Origin: Clostridia bacterium
GTDB taxonomy: Bacteria; Bacillota; Clostridia; Oscillospirales; CAG-272
DNA length: 24,000 bases
Direction: 5' to 3'
Assembly (NCBI GenBank): GCA_017472255.1
Contig: JAFUQU010000041.1
Span: forward strand, 154 to 24,153
The translations under genes were made by a program, and so were the position numbers. The notes under the pieces are model-generated. The model saw nothing but the letters and a program-made list of their open reading frames with translations. It was not told the origin of the DNA and ran no database searches. Shown here piece after piece: positions 8,582 through 14,501 of this stretch. Positions within the stretch are counted from its first letter, which is position 1; the number at the start of each line of letters is the position of its first letter.

Positions 8582-8627
8582 CTGTATTTCATGAGATGCT
8601 ATTATGTCAACGTCTCATGAAATACAG
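8582..8627. repeat. perfect 15-bp inverted repeat at GC-to-AT composition boundary
   Basis: CTGTATTTCATGAGA (8582-8596) ... TCTCATGAAATACAG (8613-8627), 16-nt loop. Confidence 0.9.
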
Positions 8628-8676
8628 TTGACAAAACGCAAAGATTATTATATAATATTTCAAGGAGATTAGATAA

Positions 8677-8826
8677 ATGTTGACAAATCAAAATACCCTT
8701 TGGGTTTATCGTTGCCGTTCTACTGATTCATGCAATGCATGTAGAAAATATGATAGGAAAGTATTCCATGAAAATGATGCCCAAAACTACCGCTACACCC
8801 CAATTGCAGATGTTATTATGAATTGA
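8677..8826 (+). CDS. 49-aa CxxC peptide, possibly translationally coupled to the lysozyme
   Basis: AAGGAG RBS; MLTNQNTLWVYRCRSTDSCNACRKYDRKVFHENDAQNYRYTPIADVIMN; stop TGA overlaps TTG start of the next ORF (aaTTGA). Confidence 0.5.
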   Translation: MLTNQNTLWVYRCRSTDSCNACRKYDRKVFHENDAQNYRYTPIADVIMN

Positions 8827-9605
8827 TATCATCTCAAAATGGGGTACTAATACCTACAGCAATCCCCTCTGTACCTTCATCTCAGAATAATCCTACTGAA
8901 GCTATACCCGAACTTGATATTGAACCTATACACACCTCTTCCGTATCATTGCCAAGTGAACCAATGAAACACATAGATGAATCTATTGTTCCTCAATCTC
9001 TTAGCTATGTGATGAGTGTCAATGAGGCGTTTGATATCATGAATGAATCTGACAATTTGACTCATGTCAGTGATCAAATGATCGAATTACTCAAAAAATA
9101 TGAAACACAATATTCAAGATATTTGATTAAAGATGTACAGGGTAATATAATCGGGATAAAACCGCATGATGTTGGAGACGGTGGAATCACCGTTGGTTTT
9201 GGACACTTTATTAGCAATAAAGAATTACGAACTGATGCTGAAGCCTATAAACTTGCACAGCGCAACTTGTCAGTGGAAGAGGCCACCGCTATAATGAAAA
9301 CGGACTTGGAACGTTTTGAAAAGCAAATACTCAATCTTATGAAAAGGAATGAGATATATCTTGTTCAACATGAGTTTGACGCACTTGTTCTGCAAGCCTA
9401 TAACTATGGTAATGTTAATTACCTTACGGATTTGTTGAAATCAGGAAATCGTGACCGTAATAAGTGGATTGAAGTCATCACAGAACGGATGGAAGTTAAT
9501 AAAGGTAAATTCTACAATGGATTGATGAATCGCAGGTACCAGGAAATGGATTTATTCTTATATGGCGATTATAATGGAGGGCCTGATGTTATTAAATATC
9601 CGTAA
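8823..9605 (+). CDS. phage-type lysozyme / endolysin (GH24-like)
   Basis: LLKKYETQYSRYLI...GDGGITVGFGHFI (Glu and GxTxGxGH context), QHEFDALVLQAYNYG, GLMNRRYQEMDLFLYGDY typical of T4/P21-type lysozymes; low-complexity N-terminus. Confidence 0.85.
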   Translation: MISSQNGVLIPTAIPSVPSSQNNPTEAIPELDIEPIHTSSVSLPSEPMKHIDESIVPQSLSYVMSVNEAFDIMNESDNLTHVSDQMIELLKKYETQYSRYLIKDVQGNIIGIKPHDVGDGGITVGFGHFISNKELRTDAEAYKLAQRNLSVEEATAIMKTDLERFEKQILNLMKRNEIYLVQHEFDALVLQAYNYGNVNYLTDLLKSGNRDRNKWIEVITERMEVNKGKFYNGLMNRRYQEMDLFLYGDYNGGPDVIKYP

Positions 9606-10203
9606 AATTATGCTTGTCACATTAACATTATGGTATGTGAGTATGCTAACTTCATGTTATCACATACAGCAAGATGTTACTGGAAGTGTGTATTTGGTGA
9701 AAATTTCACCTGCATCCGTTCAATCACATACAACGAATAAATGCGACTATCCCGAAATTCACTTGCATGTTGAATCCAACATATCCAATGATTCACGGGA
9801 CGTTGCCGAATATATCGCTCCCGTTCAAGCTGATACAGCCGCAGCTGATCCGGTCGCGCCCGCTCAAACCGCGCCCGCTCTGCCTGAGCCGGATCTTCCC
9901 GAGCCGGACGGCTCCACCGCGTCCATGCTGGCTTACGCCGAGGGTGCCCTCGCCCACTGGCAGGCGCTGGCGGTGTCGCTGCTGGACGAGCGCCCGGAGC
10001 TGGCGGAGGATTACGCCGCCTTCCTCGCGGCGCTGGATGCGGAGGTTGACGTCTATCGGGAGACCTTCCGCGTGGAGGACAGCGACCTTTACGGCAGCAG
10101 CAGCCTTTACGGCAGCAGCAGCCTTTACGGCAGCGCGGTCATTTACGAATGCGTCTGGCTTCGCGCCGTTCGGACGCGGGAGTGGCTGGAGGCACAATGG
10201 TAA
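9586..10203 (+). CDS. putative lipoprotein of chimeric composition
   Basis: GGAGGG RBS; MLLNIRKIMLVTLTLWYVSMLTSC lipobox-like; overlaps the lysozyme end; AT-rich first ~80 codons then GC-rich C-terminus ending in (LYGSSS) repeats. Confidence 0.6.
   Translation: MLLNIRKIMLVTLTLWYVSMLTSCYHIQQDVTGSVYLVKISPASVQSHTTNKCDYPEIHLHVESNISNDSRDVAEYIAPVQADTAAADPVAPAQTAPALPEPDLPEPDGSTASMLAYAEGALAHWQALAVSLLDERPELAEDYAAFLAALDAEVDVYRETFRVEDSDLYGSSSLYGSSSLYGSAVIYECVWLRAVRTREWLEAQW
10087..10134 (+). repeat. 18-bp in-frame tandem repeat encoding LYGSSS
   Basis: ctttacggcagcagcagc x2 plus ctttacggcagc; gives LYGSSSLYGSSSLYGS. Confidence 0.9.
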
Positions 10204-10205
10204 CC

Positions 10206-10224
10206 GGGCGACCACAGGTCGCCC
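10206..10224 (+). terminator. hairpin at the end of the phage-derived block
   Basis: GGGCGACC-ACA-GGTCGCCC two nt after the stop codon; no strong U-tract. Confidence 0.5.
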
Positions 10225-10271
10225 TATTACCATGTGAATTCGCACTTTTTGTACCACATTGCGCGTACCCC

Positions 10272-10300
10272 TTGACAAATCCGAAAAAAAGCGGTATAAT
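10272..10300 (+). promoter_or_regulatory. sigma-70/A-type promoter for the transketolase operon
   Basis: TTGACA - 17 nt - TATAAT. Confidence 0.88.
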
Positions 10301-10349
10301 GATAACTAACGATATTATTTCGTAACACCACCTACAGGGGGAACAACAA

Positions 10350-11186
10350 ATGCTTGAAACTCGTAAAAAAGAGCTTACAAAGATCGCTTACGAGCTGCGC
10401 AAGGCAGCAGTAACCGCGGTCTACAGCGCAGCCAGCGGTCATCCCGGCGGCTCGCTCTCCATCGCTGAAATCCTCACCTACCTCTATTTTGAGGAGATGA
10501 ACATCGACCCGAAGGATCCGGCTAAGGCTGACCGCGACCGCTTCGTGCTGTCCAAGGGTCACGCTTCGCCCGCTATCTACGCGGCGCTCGCTCTGCGCGG
10601 CTACTTCCCGGTGGACGACCTTAAAACCTTCCGCCAGGTTGACAGCGTGCTCCAGGGTCATCCCGATATGAAGCACATCCCCGGCATCGATATGACCACC
10701 GGTTCGCTGGGTCTGGGCATTTCCGCCGCCTGCGGCATGGCGCTGGGCGCTAAGAAGAACGGCATCGGCAACCGCGTCTGGGCTATCATCGGCGACGGCG
10801 AGTCCGAGGAGGGTCAGGTTTGGGAGGCCGCTATGTTCGCGGCTCACTATAAGCTGGACAACCTCTGCGTTTTCGCTGACTTCAATGGTTTGCAGATCGA
10901 CGGTCCCGTGGCTGAGGTAATGAATCCCGCGCCGCTGGGCGATAAGTTCCGCGCTTTCGGCTGGAACGTCATCGAAATCGACGCCCACGATCTGGACGCC
11001 ATCGAGGCTGCCGTGGCTCTGGCTAAGGCAACCAAGGGCAAACCCACCGCCGTCATCGCCACTTCCACTAAGGGCAAGGGCGTTTCGTATATGGAAAACA
11101 ACGTAAGCTGGCACGGCTCCGCCCCCAAGCAGGAGCAGTACGAGCAGGCAATCGCAGAACTCGACGCTGCAATCGCCGCTATCTGA
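10350..11186 (+). CDS. transketolase, N-terminal (thiamine-PP binding) subunit
   Basis: LRKAAVTAVYSAASGHPGGSLSIAEILTYLYF, SKGHASPAIYAAL, GSLGLGISAACGMALGAK, GDGESEEGQVWEAAMFA. Confidence 0.95.
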   Translation: MLETRKKELTKIAYELRKAAVTAVYSAASGHPGGSLSIAEILTYLYFEEMNIDPKDPAKADRDRFVLSKGHASPAIYAALALRGYFPVDDLKTFRQVDSVLQGHPDMKHIPGIDMTTGSLGLGISAACGMALGAKKNGIGNRVWAIIGDGESEEGQVWEAAMFAAHYKLDNLCVFADFNGLQIDGPVAEVMNPAPLGDKFRAFGWNVIEIDAHDLDAIEAAVALAKATKGKPTAVIATSTKGKGVSYMENNVSWHGSAPKQEQYEQAIAELDAAIAAI

Positions 11187-11208
11187 CGCAGTAAAGGAGA
11201 ACTCGAAA

Positions 11209-12150
11209 ATGGCAGAAAAAATCGCTACCCGTGAAGCGTACGGCAACGCGCTCGCCGAATTCGGCGAAAAGTATGAGAAGCTGGTCGTCCTCGACGCAGA
11301 CCTCGCCGCCGCTACCAAAACCGGTACCTTCAAAAAGAAATTCCCCGATCGTTTCTTCGACTGCGGCATCGCTGAGGGCAATATGATGGTTGTCGCCGCC
11401 GGTCTTTCGACCACCGGCTTCATCCCCTTCGCCAGCTCCTTCGCCATGTTCGCCGCCGGACGTGCCTTTGAGCAGGTTCGCAACGCTATCGGCTACCCCC
11501 ACCTGAACGTGAAGATCGGCGCTACCCATGCCGGCATCTCCGTCGGTGAGGACGGCGCTACCCACCAGTGCCTGGAGGACTTCGCTACCATGCGTTCCAT
11601 CCCCGGCATGGTCGTTATGCAGCCCGCCGACGCCGTGGAAGCCCGCGCTATGGTCGAAGCCGCCATTAACTACGTAGGTCCCTGCTATATGCGCTTCGGT
11701 CGTTACGCAGTCCCTACGCTGTTCGATAAGGATACCTATAAGTTCGAGCTTGGCAAGGGCATCGTCCTCGCCGACGGCAAGGACGTAACGCTGGTCGCTA
11801 CCGGTCTGATGGTCGAGCAGGCGCTCATCGCCCGCGAAACCCTCGCCGCAGAAGGCATCTCCGCCCGCGTGGTCAATATCCACACCATCAAGCCGCTGGA
11901 TGAGGAGCTGATCCTGTCCTGCGCCGCCGAAACGGGCGCTATCGTTACCGCCGAGGAGCATAACATCATCGGTGGTCTTGGCGCGGCAGTCTGCGAGTGC
12001 GTCTGCGCTAATAAGCCGGTGCCCGTACTTCGCGTAGGCACGAATGATACATTCGGCCGCTCGGGTAAGGTTCCCCCGCTGATGGAACTGTACGGTCTCA
12101 CCGCAAACGATATCGCGGCTAAAGCCAAAGCCGCCATCGCGCTGAAATAA
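11209..12150 (+). CDS. transketolase, C-terminal subunit
   Basis: KLVVLDADLAAATKTGTFKKKFPDRFFDCGIAEGNMMVVAAGLSTTG, HAGISVGEDGATHQCLEDFATMRSIPGM, TAEEHNIIGGLGAAV. Confidence 0.95.
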   Translation: MAEKIATREAYGNALAEFGEKYEKLVVLDADLAAATKTGTFKKKFPDRFFDCGIAEGNMMVVAAGLSTTGFIPFASSFAMFAAGRAFEQVRNAIGYPHLNVKIGATHAGISVGEDGATHQCLEDFATMRSIPGMVVMQPADAVEARAMVEAAINYVGPCYMRFGRYAVPTLFDKDTYKFELGKGIVLADGKDVTLVATGLMVEQALIARETLAAEGISARVVNIHTIKPLDEELILSCAAETGAIVTAEEHNIIGGLGAAVCECVCANKPVPVLRVGTNDTFGRSGKVPPLMELYGLTANDIAAKAKAAIALK

Positions 12151-12165
12151 TAAACAAAAGCATAT

Positions 12166-12203
12166 GAGAGAAGCCCCCACGCATTCGCGTGGGGGCTTCT
12201 CTC
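12166..12203. terminator. bidirectional terminator-like hairpin
   Basis: GAGAGAAGCCCCCACGC-ATTC-GCGTGGGGGCTTCTCTC, 17-bp perfect stem between convergent genes; T-rich only on the minus-strand side. Confidence 0.85.
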
Positions 12204-12205
12204 AT

Positions 12206-12577
12206 TCAGGCATTGATGCTTTTGGCAAGCTGTTCAACCTCGGAAAGAGGGATCTTGGTCATGTCAACAATATCAGAAATTGGATATATTTTCTTATGCA
12301 GCATACGTGTAGCAATCTCAATCGCCTTCTTTTTTTCACGCTCGGCAAGCGCTTCTTCCATAATACGACACATAGTATGCACTCCTTCCGTTTTTTCCTT
12401 AACACTGCTGTTGTAACGGGCACGTTTGGCGGTCGCACCCTCATCCCGGCGCTGAACTTCAATGTTGTACCGCTTGCCCAGACCGTCTACAGCAAATACA
12501 TCCAGCCGTACTCTAATTATACCACACCTCCCCCGCCTGTCAACAAATATTTTGTAAAAAACCAAACGACTGTACAT
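12206..12577 (-). pseudogene. Rpn / PD-(D/E)XK nuclease family transposase remnant with internal deletion
   Basis: Contains RLDVFAVDGLGKRYNIEVQRRDEGATAKRARYNSS joined directly to VKEKTEGVHTMCRIMEEALAEREK, so the central part expected in full-length members is missing. Confidence 0.75.
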
Positions 12578-12790
12578 CTCCCTCCCCCACTATCCGCCAA
12601 ACAAAAAGAAATAACACCCCCTCCCCCCGCCTAACGCCTCAAACCCCACCAAACGTGCGTTGACCGCGTTGTCCGCAATAGCCGTTACCAGCGGGCGTTC
12701 GTTGTTCGCACAATAAATTCGCCCAGACAAGCTAAGAAAAGGAATCCCCGCAGCACAATTATGAGTGCGGGAGAATGGTGAGAGGGGAGT

Positions 12791-12852
12791 CTGAGGGGGG
12801 GAGAGGTAAGGAGGGGCGGCTATAGAGCCCCTCCTTATCTCTTCCCCCTCAG
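12791..12852. repeat. 26-27-bp near-perfect hairpin in intergenic region
   Basis: CTGAGGGGGGGAGAGGTAAGGAGGGGC - GGCTATAGA - GCCCCTCCTTATCTCTTCCCCCTCAG. Confidence 0.9.
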
Positions 12853-12992
12853 GAGCCAACGAACGAATAGCTATAACAATATATAGAAATAACCTATACC
12901 TCGGAATAAAAAATTTACAACCTGTGTCTGTAATTTTCGACACAAATGTGATATCATATATAGAAACAACACATCAACGGAGGAATTCACCC

Positions 12993-13637
12993 ATGTCCAT
13001 ATTGTCCGATCTCAGCGAAGCATTGCAAAAAGGCCGCCTGCCTAAAATTAAGGAGCTGACTAACGCCGCCCTCGCTGAAGGTATCCCCGCAAAGGAAATC
13101 CTCGATGACGGCCTTCTCGCCGGAATGTCCGTCATCGGCGAAAAATTCAAGAATAATCAAGTCTATGTCCCCGAGGTCATGATGGCCGCACGATGTATGC
13201 AGGCGGGTACCGATCTGCTGAAACCTCACCTCACCGCAGGCGAAACCGCACAGTCCTGCGGCACCGTCGTCATCGGCACCGTTAAAGGCGACCGCCACGA
13301 TATCGGTAAAAACCTCTGTAAGCTCATGCTGGAGGGAAAAGGTCTGAACGTTATCGATCTTGGCGTCAACGTCAGCGCGGAAAAGTTCGTCTCCGAAGCC
13401 CAGAAAAACGGCGCGCAGATCATCTGCTGCTCCGCCCTGCTCACCACCACCATGCCCGAAATGAAGCGGGTCGTTGAAGTCGCCGACGCCGCCGGAATCC
13501 GCGATAAGGTGAAGATTATGATCGGCGGCGCACCCGTTACGCAGGCTTACTGCGATACCATCGGCGCCGACTGCTATACCACCGACGCCGCTTCCTGCGC
13601 CGACGCCGCCGTCACGCTGGCTGCACAAATTTCGTGA
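12993..13637 (+). CDS. cobalamin-binding corrinoid protein (MtbC/MttC-type methyltransferase corrinoid subunit)
   Basis: ALAEGIPAKEILDDGLLAGMSVIGEKFKNNQVYVPEVMMAARCMQAG; GTVKGDRHDIGKNL (DxHxxG), GGAPVTQAYCDTIGAD; RBS GGAGG 8 nt before ATG 12993. Confidence 0.93.
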   Translation: MSILSDLSEALQKGRLPKIKELTNAALAEGIPAKEILDDGLLAGMSVIGEKFKNNQVYVPEVMMAARCMQAGTDLLKPHLTAGETAQSCGTVVIGTVKGDRHDIGKNLCKLMLEGKGLNVIDLGVNVSAEKFVSEAQKNGAQIICCSALLTTTMPEMKRVVEVADAAGIRDKVKIMIGGAPVTQAYCDTIGADCYTTDAASCADAAVTLAAQIS

Positions 13638-13645
13638 GGAATAAG

Positions 13646-13673
13646 AAAACCGACCCGTGAGGGTCGGTTTTTG
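13646..13673. terminator. bidirectional terminator between corrinoid protein and minus-strand ORF
   Basis: AAAACCGACCC-GTGA-GGGTCGGTTTTT. Confidence 0.88.
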
Positions 13674-13674
13674 G

Positions 13675-14253
13675 TTATCGAGGGGAGAGCTTGTCCAGCT
13701 GAATCACGGATTTTCCGGTGAGGAGGTCGATTTTTTCCTTGTACAGAAGCGTCCATACCGCCTGCCCAACGGTATAGTCCTTGTCCTCGCGAGGGAAAAA
13801 GGAGCGGCAGAAATAGGTGTCCGTCTCTTTGTTTCGATTGATGAACAGGTAAACATCTACATTGCTGTGCGGTGTGGACAGGAGATAATCTGCTTCAATT
13901 TTAGAGAATTTCTGTTGATCCCTGTTGTAGCGGAAAATCAGTTCATTGGAGTCCAAAATGGTTTCAATGTCGAATAGATGTGAAAAACGATTGACTATTT
14001 CATCATAATATCTGCTTTTGGAGATAACGGTGTCCTTCAGCCGACCGCGCAGAATATTATCAAACACAATCTGACGATTCTGCGATGCGATATGTAAATC
14101 CTTCAGCTTACCGAGCCCCATGAGATGATGGAAGTCCAGAGGCGTGAAGGTTAATGTTATTTCCTTTAAGACACCTTTACGTCCAATAACCATGCGATAT
14201 TTCGTATGCAGCAGCTTTTCAAATCCTCTGGCGCATACAAGCAGTCTGTCCAT
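13675..14253 (-). CDS. possible BECR-fold nuclease (PBECR4-like) protein
   Basis: 192 aa from MDRLLVCARGFEKLLHTKYRMVIGRKGVLKEITLTFTPLDFHHLMGLGKLKDL...; recalled PBECR4-like pattern (FEKLL..Y / F.HL.GL.KL.D). Start supported by GGAGAGGA RBS; the longer 236-aa ORF runs through a leader hairpin. Confidence 0.5.
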   Translation of the reverse strand: MDRLLVCARGFEKLLHTKYRMVIGRKGVLKEITLTFTPLDFHHLMGLGKLKDLHIASQNRQIVFDNILRGRLKDTVISKSRYYDEIVNRFSHLFDIETILDSNELIFRYNRDQQKFSKIEADYLLSTPHSNVDVYLFINRNKETDTYFCRSFFPREDKDYTVGQAVWTLLYKEKIDLLTGKSVIQLDKLSPR

Positions 14254-14275
14254 ATGCAGGAATCCTCTCCAGATA

Positions 14276-14310
14276 GTAAAATCGGCTGTTGCAAAGCGCA
14301 ACAGCCGATT
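14276..14310 (-). terminator. terminator/attenuator-like hairpin in the leader of the 13675-14253 gene
   Basis: Minus strand AATCGGCTGTTGC-GCTTT-GCAACAGCCGATT followed by TTACT, giving GATTTTACT; lies between the promoter and the RBS. Confidence 0.65.
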
Positions 14311-14384
14311 AGCATTTTCTTTCGGCTTGCGCCTACTCCGGCTCGAGGTTATTGCTAAACCCCTACTGAAAGCTCCATGCAACA
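14311..14384 (-). ncRNA. candidate structured leader RNA
   Basis: Minus strand GCAT..CTTTC..GGGGTT-N7-AACCTC..GGC-GCAA-GCC..GAAAG..ATGC: nested closing helices enclosing two hairpins, one with a GNRA loop. Confidence 0.4.
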
Positions 14385-14452
14385 AGGCAATCCGGTACGC
14401 TGCTGCATTTCAACGCTTGGACAGATACACGCCGTTATCTGTCGGTACTATT

Positions 14453-14481
14453 ATTATACACCATCCGCGCGATTATGTCAA
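14453..14481 (-). promoter_or_regulatory. sigma-70/A-type promoter for leader and nuclease-like gene
   Basis: Minus strand TTGACA - 17 nt (TAATCGCGCGGATGGTG) - TATAAT. Confidence 0.88.
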
Positions 14482-14501
14482 GCCCCTGTGCGAAATTTTT
14501 C

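Noticed and set aside
9586-10203. Lysis spanin (Rz/Rz1-like) call for the lipoprotein next to the lysozyme
   Set aside because: The surrounding genes (SpoVT, Firmicute-type signals) indicate a spore-forming host lineage without a typical outer membrane, and the protein is long and chimeric; only 'lipoprotein' is supported.
10332-12180. Minus-strand ORFs of 383 and 333 aa opposite both transketolase subunits
   Set aside because: Shadow ORFs over highly conserved transketolase genes.
12590-12943. 117-aa minus-strand ORF between Rpn relic and corrinoid gene
   Set aside because: Translation spans the long hairpin and C/G-rich low-complexity sequence; no RBS or family signal.
12853-12992. Cobalamin riboswitch upstream of the corrinoid protein
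   Set aside because: No recognisable B12-box (GCCACTG-like) sequence was seen; would need an Rfam scan to be sure.
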